From Lama glama (taxonomy: Eukaryota), in NCBI GenBank assembly GCA_028534125.1, contig CM052816.1, positions 14,386,001 to 14,450,000 of the forward strand: 64,000 nucleotides of DNA. The letters run 5' to 3'. Below are positions 1 to 13,300 of this stretch, piece after piece (position 1 is the first letter of the stretch; every line of letters starts with the position of its first letter). The translations under genes were made by a program, and so were the position numbers. The notes under the pieces are model-generated. The model was given only the letters and a program-made list of their open reading frames with translations, was not told where the DNA came from and did no database searches.

Positions 1-455
1 AAAAACATACCAACTGCTTCTGAGGCCGCTTACTATCCTTTCCCCACTTAAAATACCCTGCCCTCCTTACCCTCCCGGGTTCACGTGGCAAGGTCTGATG
101 TTCCCTAGACATCAGGAAATACACTGCTTTTGCCCTTTTATTGGCCCCTCACCCTTTGTTCACAAAATGAGTTTATTGCTCTGCCTTCTGTTTACTCTTA
201 TGCCTGGATGGTGTGGATGCTGCCTCCTCCTCCTTCCTATTTTTTGTGCCTGTTCGAAGCTGCTGCTGCTTCTATTTCTAGGAAAGACCTTTCAGAGCCT
301 GGCTTAGGCCTCTCTGTAAGTGCTGTGTCTGGTACCAGCGTTTCATCTTTAGCTTTTATACGTGATTGTGCTATCATGCTGTTTTAAGCTAATGGATCAG
401 TGGACTTGTTTACAATGTGATATTTTCTATTAAATCCAGTATTTTCAAGTAAAAT
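1..455 (+). other. GNPDA1: Probable distal 3' UTR and poly(A) site of GNPDA1 (coding exons lie outside the window)
   Basis: Non-repetitive UTR-like sequence ending with ATTAAA at 429-434. The identity is inferred from the known mammalian gene order (GNPDA1 tail-to-tail with RNF14), not from coding sequence. Confidence 0.45.
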
Positions 456-899
456 GTGTCATTTATGGACTTCTACCCCCAAAGGTCAGAAGTTGGTTTA
501 GGGTGATGTTTACGTATTTTGGGAAAAGCTAGTGAGCAAAGCTTCACACTCACTCCTCACAGTGGCACGGCAGAAGTCACAGTCACAGCAACTGTTGGTC
601 TCTTCTTCAGTCACCAGAGGGGGAAATAATCAAAATATTTCATAGAAGGGAAGCGCCTGTGTGAAAAAATGGTAGGAATGAAGAGATGAGCAATAAATTG
701 TCATGTTCTGGGTCTGCTTGGTATCCAAACAAGGATACAGCTATTAAAAAGAATAAGGCAGATTTGTGACCAGGAGGGGTCTATAAACTGCAAGTTATGG
801 AAACTAAGGGGTTTTTTTTTTTAGTTAATAAAGTCAATATAGTGGAACATCTTGGATCAGTATAACCATCTGAGGTTCAAGTAGAAGTTGGAAGAAGGG

Positions 900-1262
900 T
901 TTAATTTTTTAACAATCGTATTAAGATAATTTACATGCCGATAAAATTGACCTGTTTTAAATGTAAGTTTATGATTTTGACTGGGTTTATGGAGTTGTAC
1001 AATTCCTCACCACAATCCCTCTCATCCCCTACTCCGATCCCAGCCCGGGTGACCACTGATCTGCTTTGTCTCTAAAGATTTATCTTTGGTGGACAGTTCA
1101 CATATAAATGGAACCATACAGCATTACATCTTTTGGGTCTGGCTTCTTTCACTAAGCATGTTTTTGAGGTTTATCCACATAACATGTAGCGAGCAGCCCA
1201 TTCTTTTTTATTGCTGCAGAGTATTCCATTGTGTGGATGTACCTCATTTTGTTTATCCAGTA
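900..1262 (-). mobile_element. Old L1 3' end fragment, apparently inserted in a + strand L1MC-like remnant (about 640-1900)
   Basis: Typical antisense L1 3' UTR text (accactgatctgctt...ggcttctttcactaagcatg...gtattccattgtgtggatgtacc). Confidence 0.7.
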
Positions 1263-2200
1263 ACAAAGGAATTAAACTTTAAGTAGATGTGTTGTAAGAC
1301 AAAAATCGTTTTAGAATGAAGTGAGAAAGGACTTAGTGATGACAGCTAAACTGGAGATGTCTGTTAAAGGAGAGACCTTAAAGAGATTTGTCTCTTAGGC
1401 CTGTGTTTCCCTTGTAGCCCAAGAGCAGTGTCATCCTGCCACGACTAGTTCTTAATGTGAATCAAGTGGGCTGTATACTCCTGAGCCAGACTGGGCCTCT
1501 GATACTACTCAGGGCTTCTTGGAGAGGAGCAATTATATGTTTAGGGGCAGGGATAAGAGTGGGCCTAGAATATTTTGTTGCCAGAAAACAAAGATGCTTT
1601 AAGAAAATGTCCAAGCCAGTACTGAGAGGGCAAAGCATCCAGTTTAATGAGGCTCCCATTGGCCAGGCTGTGACAATTTCATCAATAAAGAAACACTAAG
1701 TACAGCTAGGTGGAACAGGTTCAATCTATCTATAAAACCTCAAGTGTGATACTCAAAAAGGTAACATTAAGTATATATGGAGTTGTATTTCAGGAAGAGT
1801 GGATGGGATGTACTTCAAGTTTCATCATTTAGTAAAAAGTAGCAGCATGTTGACATAAAAATGGACATCACCTCTCCCATTCAATACGTCTATTTATAAA
1901 GTAGACATGGATACAAGAGCCTGGCCTCCTAGCCCCACCCCAGATAAATCTATGCCTTACTCCCTTACTTCCTCAGGTCTCTGCTCAAATGTCATTTATC
2001 TGAGCTCATTCCTGACCCTCCAACATAAAGCAGCCATCCTGATTTCCCATCCCTCTTTGGGATATTTTCTGATGCCTCTTTTCTGGAAACCAGAACTGTG
2101 ATGACATGCTAATAAAGCATGCTTAAATTTTCAGTAAGACATACTGTGACAGAATCCTGAGTTACAAAATAATAGGTAAATAAAACAAAACAATAATTTG

Positions 2201-2318
2201 TTGGGGGAGAGGTAATTATGTTTACTTATTTATTTTTTAATGGAGGTACTGGGGATTGAACCCAGGACCTCATGAATGATAAGCACGTACTCTACCACTG
2301 AGCTATACCCTCCTCCCC
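2201..2318 (-). mobile_element. tRNA-Ala-derived SINE (Vic-1-like, camelid)
   Basis: Minus strand reads GGGTATAGCTCAGTGGTAGAG...GGTTCAATCCCCAGTACCTCCA plus an A-rich tail. Flanked by a 19-bp target-site duplication with one mismatch (2182-2200 and 2319-2337). Confidence 0.85.
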
Positions 2319-2406
2319 AAAACAAAACAGTAATTTGGACCTTGAGGGTGCCCTTAACACCAACTATTTCCCCTAGTCCATTCAATCTCCTTAAAGACTA
2401 ATTTAT

Positions 2407-2970
2407 CCCAATGTTCTACAGCAGAACTATTTACAATAGTCAAGACATGGAAGCAACATAAGTGTCCATCAACAGATGACTGGATAAAGAAGTTGTGGTA
2501 TACATATACAACAGAAAACTACTCAGCCATGAAAAAGAATTAAATAATGCCATTTGCAGCAACATGGATGGACCTAGAGATTATCATATGAAGTGAAGGC
2601 AGACAGAGAAAGACAAATATGGTATCATTTACATGTGACATCCACAAAAATGACACAAATGAACTTATTTACAAAACAGAAACAGACTCACAGACATAAA
2701 AAACCTATGGTTACCAAAGGGGAAAGTGGGGAGGGATAAATTAGGAGTTTGGGATTAGCAGATACAAACTACTATACACAAATTAGATAAACAACAAGAT
2801 CCTACTATATAGCACAGGGAACTATATTCAACAGATTGTAATAACCTATAGTGAAAAAAAATTTATATATATATATATATGTATGTGTGTGTATAAATGA
2901 ACCACTCCATTGTATACCAGAAACTAATACCACATTGTAAACCAACTATACTTCATTAAATCAAAAAAAA
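2407..2970 (+). mobile_element. 5'-truncated L1 (ORF2 end plus 3' UTR, cetartiodactyl type)
   Basis: cccaatgttc...aagacatggaagcaa...gcaacatggatggacctagag...tatagcacagggaactatattcaa...A tail; imperfect TSD aaagactaatttat / aaaaactaattcat. Confidence 0.88.
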
Positions 2971-2984
2971 AACTAATTCATAAG

Positions 2985-5900
2985 ATCTCAAGCCTCCAAT
3001 CCCTTTTTCTCCAGCTTTTCTCTCAGCTGATAGCCTTGAAAACAGAAGCAATCAGGAAAGAACTTCCACAAGTTCCCTCCCTCACATATACCTGCCTGCC
3101 AGCCCTGCCCTCGCTGTTTGCCTTCTCCTGTCACTTGCTCCTTGGTCACTCCCTCTACTTGTGCACCAGATCCCATCTCTTCCTGCCTCCTTGAGGGCAA
3201 TGCTCCAGCAAGACCCTCTCTCAACTGCAGCATCAAACTGTCCTTTCCCAGATCACCCCCGTCAGAATACAAAACAAGCTTTAAAAACACAACTCTTCAC
3301 CCTGTTTGTCCCCTTCTATAATAGCCTCATTCTCTGATCCCCTTTGCAATAAGCAAAATTTCTGGAGTTACCTCTACTCTGGCTCTAATCTCTCTCCCTC
3401 CATTCTCTCTTTCTTCTGGTATTCCCCTTGTGCACATGTTAACACACCTTTTGCAACTGTCTCACAGTTCTTAGATACCCTGTACCCTTTTTCTTTCATT
3501 TCTTTTTCTCTTTACCTTTCAGTTTGGGACGTTTCCACTGACAGATCTTCAAGTTCAACAATTCTTTTCTCAGCTGTGCTTTGCCTACTGATGAGCCCAT
3601 CAAAGGCATTCATTTCTGTTACGGTGTTTTTATTTCTAGCATTTCTTTTTGATTCTTTGAGTTTCCATCTTTTGCTTATACTACTCCTCTGTTCTTGCAT
3701 GTTGTCCACTTTTTCCATCAGAGATCTTAGCATGTTAATCATAGTTATTTTAAATTCCCAGTGTGATAATTCTAAAATCTCTGCCCTATCTGAGTCTGAT
3801 TCTGGTGCTTGCTTTATGTCTTCAGACTCTTTTCCCCTGCCTCTTAGCATCCCTGTGATTTTTTTTACTGAAAGTTGGGTATGAGGTACTGGGTAATAGG
3901 AACTGAGATAAACAGGTCGTTAATGTGAGGCTTTATGTTTATGTGGCTAGCAGCTAGGCTGTGTTTTAATGTTTCTTGGAGGTGTCAGAGGCTTCAATTT
4001 CCTTCAGTGTCCTTTATTTTTGTCTCCCCTGTTGTCTCTGGATTTCCCTAGAAACTCCTTAAAATAGAGGCTGTGACTTGCTACTCTTTCAAAAGCTGTA
4101 ATCCATTGCTATGATACTGGAGCCCTGTAGATGTTAAGGTATTAGGGAGAGGCATTCTATAATCTTGTGATTAAATCTGTTTTACTTTACTGGGCTAGAA
4201 TCTCTGGGCTGAGACCTACAGAAGTTTCTTAGCCTTTCTTTTTCCCCCCTCTTATGTGAGACAGGAAGGCTAAAGGGGGCTCCAGCCATTCAACTGTCCT
4301 TCCTTGAGGTCACAGAGGACTCCAGCAAAGTAGTTTTCCCTGAGGGCAGGCTCTGCCATGGAAACAGAAAGCTCTGGGTGTATTTCAGGACGGCCACTTC
4401 CCGGCTCCCCTCTGCACAAGGTGGTTTCTCTGCCATCTTCCCAGTGAGAACCTGACAGAGCTCCTGAAAGTAAAACCCCTCAGACTAGCTCCAAGGAATT
4501 TTTTTTTAAGTTGTAATAACATTGGATACTTGTTGCAGATTGCTCTCTAGAGTTTTAAACTCTCAAGTGAGTCCACATTCAGCCCCCTAGCAATTCATTT
4601 AAATCCTGATTATTGCCTCCAGCAGCTTCTACCTTGGGTGAACAGATTTGTATTTTCAGCATTTTCCTGCCTTTCTAGTTTTTGTGGACATTTGCCCTGT
4701 GACCTCAATAATCTGTTGGATCTAAGAAAGCTGATTTTCAGTTTGTTCACTTTTTTCTTGTCATAGGGTGCCCCATTCGTTCTCAAACACTCCAGACTTT
4801 CACCTCCCCTCCACTGAAACAGCACTTGTCAAAATCACCAATGACCTCTACAGTGATTGCCAAGTCAGTTCTTAGAGCTCATATTACTTGACTTATTTGC
4901 AGTATCTGACACAGCTGACCACTCCTTCTTTCAAATCTGAAGTGGCTTCCACGATATCACACTTTGCTGGTTTTCTTACCTTACTGGCCACACTCAGTCT
5001 CCTTTGCTAGTTCCTTCTCATCCCCTGAGTTCTTAGCATTTAAAAGTGTCCCAAAATTCAGTCTTTGGACCTCCTCTCATAAAACTGACTCTCTTCGTAA
5101 TTTCATCCAGTCTGATGGCTTTAAATACCATCTATTCATTGACTCTCATATGTGAATCTCCAGCCCAAATCTGTCCCTTGAACTCGACTAGAATATCCAA
5201 CTGCCTACAACATCTGCATTGAGACAACTATCAGACGTCTCAAAGTCACCGATCTACAACTAAAGTCCTGCTCTTCATTGGCCAGTCAGTGCTACCTATT
5301 GGTTTCTCCATCTCAACTACTCAAAAAGACCTAGAAATCAACTCTGATGCCTCACTTTCTCACATTATACATCCAATCTGTCAGCAAATCCTATTAGTTT
5401 TACCTTCAAGGAAAGTGCAGAATCTGACCATTTCTCAAGATTCCAAGTGCTGGCCCACTGGTCCACGCCACCTGCACTTCTCACCTCAGTTACTGCAGTA
5501 GTCTCCTAACTGATCTGTTTCTGCCCTGGCTTCCCCTGCTCACCTAAATCATAAGTCAGACCCTATCACATTCCTGCTCAAAGCCCTCCAAAGGCTGCCA
5601 TCTCAGGGTAGAAGCCAAAGTTCACCCAAGGCCCAGAGCAGTCGGCAGCACTCCCTACTCCCACCCCACCTTTCAAAATTTTCCCTTCCTCAGTTTGCCT
5701 AAGTCCTTACTGGCTACCATGGAGCCTTCTAACATGCTCCAACCCCAAGAGCCTTTACCCCTGCTATTCCCTCTGCCTGGACTCCCTTCTCACAGGTGTC
5801 CACAGGTCTTCACTCCCGGGCTGCCAAGCCTTTGTTCAGGTGCCATCTTGATGAAGTCCTCTCCACTCTTTAAAATTCCAGCACCACTCTGCCTCCTCTA

Positions 5901-6116
5901 GCTCCCTATTCCCTCTCTCAACTTCTCTCCAAAGCACTTATTTTCTGATAAACCATACAATTTGCTCAGTGTCTGTCTCCTTCCACCAGAATTTAAGTTC
6001 CAAAAGGACAGCGAGATTTATATGTTTTAATCACTGTTACACTCTCAGCACTTCGAAAAATAGTAAGGCTCATAGTGAGGTATTCAATAAATATTTGTTA
6101 AATGAGTGAATGAATA
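2985..6116 (+). mobile_element. LINE-2 remnant interrupted by an antisense L1
   Basis: L2 ORF2-like ccactgaaacagcacttgtcaaaatcaccaatgacctc at about 4810 and the L2 terminus tcaataaatatttgttaaatgagtgaatgaat at about 6085-6116. Confidence 0.75.
3410..4770 (-). mobile_element. Old L1 5' UTR/ORF1 fragment
   Basis: ORF 3512..3850 resembles the L1 ORF1p coiled coil (EFKITMINMLRSLMEKVDNMQEQ...NTVTEMNAFDGLISR...AEKRIVELED). Confidence 0.85.
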
Positions 6117-7574
6117 CTAGGAAATACAGTAGGTTGCAAGAAATGGAATGGGATTGAGAATAAGACAATCACTTTTTAAATTTATATGCATTTGTGTTGT
6201 ATTAATATTAGTTTAGTTTGTCAACTCAATGGGGAAAAAAAAAGAGCAAAGTAAGGAAAAGAAATAACTGTGCTGACTTTCTACTTATCAACTTGGCATC
6301 AGAATCTCACTAAATTTTCAATGTGCACAATCTTCTCCAAAGCATCCTCTGGCTCAGAGACACATGGGACTACTTGGAGTGGTAAACATTCATGCTACCT
6401 GAATAACTGCAAAGTCTAGACTATGGTGCTGAAAGTTGATAATTATCATAAACAGCTTTCTGACCACAAACCCTTAACTTGGTCGGGTGGCCGATTTTGT
6501 TTTTAATTGAGCCAAAGTTCAGAGAAGAGACTGTTTGGCTACTCTTATCAGTATTAGAGGGCACCCCAGTGTTACAATTCCTTGGTCTTACTTAGTGGTT
6601 TCAGCTATAACTTCTTTTCTTTACTTCACTGGTTGCAGGCAAGTGCTACTCTCAGGAGTGACACTTCAATGTCACTTCATAATTGGACGTCAACTATGGT
6701 TCAAGAACAGTTCTGAGTGGCCTTACAGTTTTTGGTAATACTGCTGTTCTCGCCTTGGTATCATTAAATGCATAAAAGTATATAACAGACTATGATGAAA
6801 CACAATGAGGAAAATTAAAATTCCAGAAATGCACCTGCTTCTGTAACAAAATACTACTGTCATAACCAGTTTTTGCATTTGTAACATGGGAATTGCTGCC
6901 ACCTGCTGGTAGTGCTTATGACAAAGTTAATACTTGGACTTTCCAAAATAATAGTCCAAATTTTAAATTTTCCTTCTAAAGCAGGAAACCACATGAATGG
7001 CTTTATAATTAGCATATATCTGATTAACTCTAATTTTCTCTTAACAACAACAAAAAATAAGTATATTAATGGATTTCTAATGTAAACTAGAACCCTCTAC
7101 TACAAAAAAATGACCTTGCTGCCAGTGCTATAGGTCTGGGAATATGGCTGCCAAAGGTTTTCTCCCTTATCAATCTCCTCAACAGGAAGGGATGTAGACA
7201 CGAGATGCTCACTTGCTGGGTTCAGCACTGAGCTGAGGTGGCAGGCTAATCCTCTCACACAAGTGCAGAGCCTTGTGAGTCCAGATGACCCATAAGTCTG
7301 ATCAACTTGTCCAGTGCTTAATGATTTCCTCGTGAAGCTGAGTAGAAAAATGACCATAACAGACACAGAGCCTACAACTCTATGTACACCCAGTGTCTTT
7401 AGAAATAACTGATTTAAAGCAACAAAAAGACCAATCAGAAAAGAATTTCACTGATTTGCTGAGCCTGCTAGGATTAGGTAATCAGTCTCCAAGAAAAGGT
7501 TTTTGGCTCCTGACCAATACAAATGCATCAAGATATAATGTTTATGCACTACTACTAATAAAAATATGATGGCC

Positions 7575-7865
7575 AAGGGGAGCCCAAGGAGACATGATGA
7601 CTGCAAGTAATATGTGATGTCCTGGATGGGATCCTGGAACAGATAAAGGTAATTAGGGAAAAACAAAGGAAATATGAATAAAGTATAGACTCTAGTTAAT
7701 AATGTATCAATGTATCAATATTTGTTCATTAACTATGACAAATGTATCACACTAACATGTTAGTAATAAGGAGATGGGTTTAGGGTGTATATGGGAACTT
7801 GCTGTTTTGCCCAAGTTTCCTGTAAATCTAACACTATTGTAAAACAAAAAGTTTACTTAAAAAAA
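7575..7865 (+). mobile_element. L1MC-type 3' UTR fragment
   Basis: tcctggatgggatcctggaacaga...aataaagtatagactctagttaataatgtatcaat...tgtaaatctaa. Confidence 0.7.
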
Positions 7866-8907
7866 TGAATGGGACAAGATTCATCCCAATTGGCGAAGGC
7901 AGGCCCTGAAGTTAGTTCAATCCCAAGCTTAAAAAGTCACAAAACTTCTATATTGACTTCAAAAGTTATTCAGCAGGTTATTTTCATGTATCAGTTCTAG
8001 GTCCAAACCTTTCATATAAAATCAAGACATGCACCCTCTTCAAGCAGGTTTTGGCAAATTGCAAAGGGACCCTCTGCTTCTTCACTTCCACCAAAAGGAC
8101 CCATAAGGTTCATGTCAATTTATGACAAATCTCAGCCTATTTGTGAAAAAAGCCTTCATGAACTTAAGCTAGATACACACAATTCTTTGTTCACTCATAT
8201 ACCTAGCTGATAAACCAATATTCCACAAACTCATTTATTTCACAGGTCTTATGGGGGGTTATCCCAATCTTATATTTTACTCAGAGACAAAAGTACTCTA
8301 CCCAAAACTATACCACCTTAAAATTAGTTCATAACTCATGACTCAAAAATAAAACTTGACAAGCCCTATTATTTTTGTGAAAATTGAGGGGTGAAGATTT
8401 TGTATGGAAGATGAAACACAAAGTTAAGGCTTCTCTCCTACTTCCACTACCTCATCAACAAAATGTGCAACAGCCTAAAATAAAATAATCTCTAGCAAAT
8501 ATCAACTAGCCCTGAGCCAAACAGCTTCTGAGTGGTCACTAGAGAAAGATATGAACTGAACTCCTATTCAGCCACTGAGAAGAGCCACTCTTCTCAAGCA
8601 GTACTACATAATTGTCTTAATTTCCATTTCTAATCTTCAACTTATTCTTTAGGTTAACTTTAGTTCTTACATAAAGTGTGCTGAATCGAAGTCCATAAAA
8701 CTATGTGGTTTAAACAAAACATTGGCCCTAAAATCTAAGTTCAGTCACAAGCCCAGGCAGAGGAGGAGGCACCATTCCATGCTTTTTTCTGCTCACTTTA
8801 AGAATATGTGTTATACACTGCATAGTTTTTAAATGTGATCAGTTGCCTTGGTGACAGAACACACAGCAGCAACTCTGCTCTCATTATAAGACAATTTTTA
8901 AATAATT

Positions 8908-8913
8908 TTTATT
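8908..8913 (-). terminator. RNF14: Candidate RNF14 polyadenylation signal
   Basis: AATAAA on the minus strand about 1.36 kb after the stop codon, in AT-rich UTR-like sequence. A further AATAAA lies at 8234-8239. Confidence 0.5.
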
Positions 8914-10271
8914 TTTAAGATTAAGCATCCTCATTAACAATCCAGAAACAGTCCGTGCTCTTTGGATACACACACATAAAATGGTTATAAGTGATTTCCC
9001 AATTTTCAATGACAAGGTAGGAAAAAAGAACATGTTCACACCTGCAACTGAATTCCTCTGTCCTTTTTCCCCCAAAATCTTATTTTGCTACCAAGCCACT
9101 CACCAAACCATAAGGAAAGACAATTTTTTTAAAAGCCAACAAAACCCAGAAACAGGGATCTAGGTATCAAGCCAAAATTATCCCCCCAAACAGTGCTGTT
9201 GCAAAAAAAAAAAAATGGATAGGAAGACAAATTTCCATAGCTCATTAGAGAAGAGCTTTAAAAAGAATTCAGAAAGTTAGGACGGGAACTATGGTAGTGT
9301 AGTGTTCAAAAAGCAAAGATAATGAAAGTTCAGCTGGTTTAGCTTGGGAATATATTAGGCTTTCTCCTATCTCAGCAGAGGAAATAAAAATATTAGCTGC
9401 TGGAGCTAATAGTAAAACTGTCCCTACCAATGAAAGGTAGGGTGAGCGTCAATGGAGAGAAAGGAGAACAAAAGGTAGCAAAGACAAGTTGTTTTGAATC
9501 TAGGCTCTACTGCCTAGAAGACAGAGGAAAGCTGAATACGGCTGAAATTCCTCTGAGCCAGTACCAATAAACTATAGACTTGGCTCAAAACCAGTGGACT
9601 ATATGCCACGAAGAAATATATCTTGTGACCCATACTGCTTATGGTATTAAAAATAGTTTAATAATTATCTATAAATTTCTATTCTGAAAAGCAGTAGATC
9701 AAAATGACAGTGGGTCATCCAATCAGTTACAGAGAGCAAAGAGCTTCCTCCAAAGAAAACTAATGTAGCAGAAATTCAGGTTGGAAGGAATGTAACATGG
9801 AGTAAATGGGATCAGGCTCTCAGGACAGTTTAATAAGGCGCCTACCCACCCCAGCTATCAGGAGTATACTGAGGGAGCTCCCTTAGATGTCTTAGCGGGA
9901 TGCTTCTCAGAATAAAAAGGTCTGTAAGTTTAACTCTTGACCCCTCTCTCCTTACCTAAAGCTTGGGGAAGAAAATAAATATTTACTTTTTAACTATTCA
10001 AAGCTTCAGCACATTATAATATTTAATATTTTCTAGTTTCCATTTTCTGAACCTTTGGCTTAATATTTCCTCAATTATGTTACAATGAAAAATGTACGAA
10101 TGTGCCTTAATCAGTAGTACCACATGAAAATATAAACTTTGTTCTTCCATATCTTCTGCATAGGAAGAGTGAATGAATGGTACCCTAAATATCCTGCAAA
10201 GTTACTTTGTGTACTTGACAAAAGATTAGGGCAAACCATTCCACGTCCGTATCTTGAGCAGCAGGAGTTAA

Positions 10272-10329
10272 CTAGTCTTCAACCTCATCTTCCCAAATAT
10301 CTCCATTAACATCCACAGCATGGAACAAC
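10272..10329 (-). CDS. RNF14: RNF14 last coding exon
   Basis: Acceptor ttccag|G; LFHAVDVNGDIWEDEVED then TAG at 10274-10272. Confidence 0.94.
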
Positions 10330-13300
10330 CTGGAAGCAGAAAATAAGGTACACTTTAATACACCTGATAGAAATGGAATAAAATTTCTTTCCTGTTTTCA
10401 AAAATACTTTCTGTACTCTTCTGATAACATCTTTGCATATCTTTCCCTCTTTAAACATTCCACTGGGGAGGGCTGAAATATGGGTCCCTCTGAATAAGCT
10501 GCCTTAAAGTTTATAAGAATAGCCCTTTTAGGATTCAGACAACTCTCCAGGGCCAAAGATAAACTATAACAGGAGACAGGTATCACAAAACTGATACTCA
10601 GTGTGGTACAATATCCAGAATAAGCCACACCTGGGATAGTCAGGCAACCTAGAACCTGAACTCCTTCAAAGCACTGTAACTCTGTTACATGCTAACCACT
10701 CCGCTCTCTCCGTCTTCACTTGCACTCTCCGTCTGTAGAACGTTTTACAGTTGCCAATGTCTTTTTTCCTTCCCTTATGTTACTTAACATTTATGCAATT
10801 TTCAACACTATATTCCCAACGGTTCATGGGCAGTGCTTGTTTCTTCAATTTATCTTATAGTCTGATAACACCAATGATTGTAGGTACTCCACAGAAGCCT
10901 GTTAGCAAAGAGTATCAACTGCTGCTGAAATTGGAGCTGCTGGAGAATAGGTTATTCATACCGTGTCAAGGGATCACCCTACAGACCACTTACTAATGAC
11001 AAAAAGAAAACTTATTTTTACAATGGAGCAAATGATAGAACTGAGCATCACACCAACAGCAGAAAGCCTGACACTATGGATCTGATGTGATACTATATGA
11101 AGTACATCACCCTTCATTAAGTACTCGTGCCAAAAATGCTACTCTAAATCTAGTCAAACTTCAGTCCAGATTTAACTTCCACTGACAGGAAACAGAAAGG
11201 ATACAGAAGCAAACTAAAAGACTCCATGGAGAACCAAAATCCAGAAGGTAAGAGGTTATAGAGTGTAACAGCCTGGACTCTTCAAAGTCAATGTTCCCCC
11301 TCAACACATACAAAGAAAAAGTGGACAAAACTTTTCTCTATTAAACTAAAGAGATGGAATCAAAGAAAATGGTTGAACTCAATTAGATCCTGGTTCAATG
11401 AAACAGGTTTAAAAGATATTTTTAGGGATAATGGAGAAGCTTTAAGTATTTTATTAGATGACAGTATGCCATCACTGTCAAATTTTTTTAAGCATTTTGT
11501 TATGTAGAAGAATTTTCTTATCTTAGGAAAGACCTGTGGAAATATACAGAGATGAAGCATCTTATCTCCAACTTAGGGTCAAATAGTTCAGCAATAATTT
11601 AGTAAACAAATACGGCAAAATATCACCGATCGTTCATTTGGGTGGAAGGTATCCTACTAATCATAGTCCTATCCTTTCAACTCTTCTCTATGTTTGGAAA
11701 TTTTCACTATAAAAAGTAGAGGAGGATAAGAAATAAAATTCCCAGATAGTATATTTTCATCATGAAACTCATTTTCAAGAAAGTCTCATACATAGGGGAA
11801 AATACATAAGAGAATTCTCTAAATAGTCAGAGTACTTAAGTAAAATTAACTGGACTCATGGTCTGCAAATCAAGTACCAAAAATTGCTACTGAGACTAGG
11901 GGTTTTGTGTGTACGTACCGGTTAAAACATGGGGAAGCAGGATCAGTGAAATGTTTATAAGGGTTTGCTCTAGAGAGCGAACCCATGCAAATCCAGCAGA
12001 AATACTGCATACAGCCAGTACATGTCATCTTGTTACATCCGTCTAATTTCTGGTGGGAGAGACAGAAAGAGAAATGCACGTGCCAAAATGCTACGGTACA
12101 ACATTCTCCTAGTCTTCCCCGCTTTCCAGGGCAGGGTTGAGATATACAGATGACACACTGATAACTGTTGAAGTCTAATTCTTTATCATTACAAGTAAAA
12201 CATAGAAAATATTTAGCAGGTGTTCCTACAACTAGATACTTAGCAAAATCTCTTCCGATGAACAGCAGACTCAAGACAAACACGTACACTCCAAGTGAAA
12301 CATGTAGTTAGATTAATATTAAAACGTTTGGGTTTAATACATGGGCTTTTATATTCTCTACATCAATCTAAGTAAACAGTACCAAGTCCCCCACTCTATC
12401 ACAGAGCTGAGGCACGTCAGAAGTGGTTAAACAGAACGCCTGTGTCCTTAACAGAGTAACAGGCATCACCACCAGGGCCAATTCAGACATAACAGGTTGG
12501 GACAATAAATTAAATGCAAAGATACATTTTGATTTTAAAATATATTAAGATTTTGTCAAGAAGCAATAGATTTATCTGTCTATTTTGACTCAGATTGATG
12601 GGAAAATTCTCTATTTCTTAAGTAGGTACTTGTTAAATAAGTGCGCTAAATTCCAGGATAAGCAGTTCTGAGAAGTCAGGCTTGAGGTTTTTTGTTTTGT
12701 TTTGTTTTTTTAACTCACACAGATGAGTTAAGAGTTGATTGTAGCTCTAGTATGGCCTCCTCATAACCCATTCAATTTTGAGATGGCTATAATGTGAGAA
12801 CAATTGTCACTGTATGAAAGCACTTTGAAAAGGGAGGTCTACATACATTTAAGGTCAATATCAGTATTTCCAGTAAACTTGCATCTTCCAAGTAAGAAGG
12901 TTTAATAAATACCAAAGTGTGTTTTCTTCATTAGTCACAAGATCAAAGGGTTTCTTGAGGAAATTATAACATGCTCGCAAGTAGGTTTGCCTCCAAGTCT
13001 GTCCCCAAACCTTTACCTCGATAGGAGTCCCACAGCACGGGCAGCTCTTCGAGTTCTTTTCTAGCCACTCCTTACTTTCCATCTCTTCCAGTGCCTTCTG
13101 AATCACCCTCTTACCATATCTCTGTTCCAAAAATCTTTTATTGGCCTCATCTGCTTGCAGGTACTCATTTCGTAAGTCTATTAATTTCTCTAGAAAGTGA
13201 AATGGAAAATTAACTTTTATACAATTTTGTAATGCTGATTAAAACCATTAAAAATGGCCATACCCTTTGACTACTCAATAATGTTATTTCTGGGACTCCA

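Noticed and set aside
2240..2312. tRNA-like sequence on the minus strand
   Set aside because: The anticodon arm is mutated, and it has an A-rich tail and TSD, so it is a SINE rather than a tRNA gene.
3306..3884. 192-aa (+) and 112-aa (-) ORFs
   Set aside because: They are the two strands of a decayed L1 ORF1 fragment.
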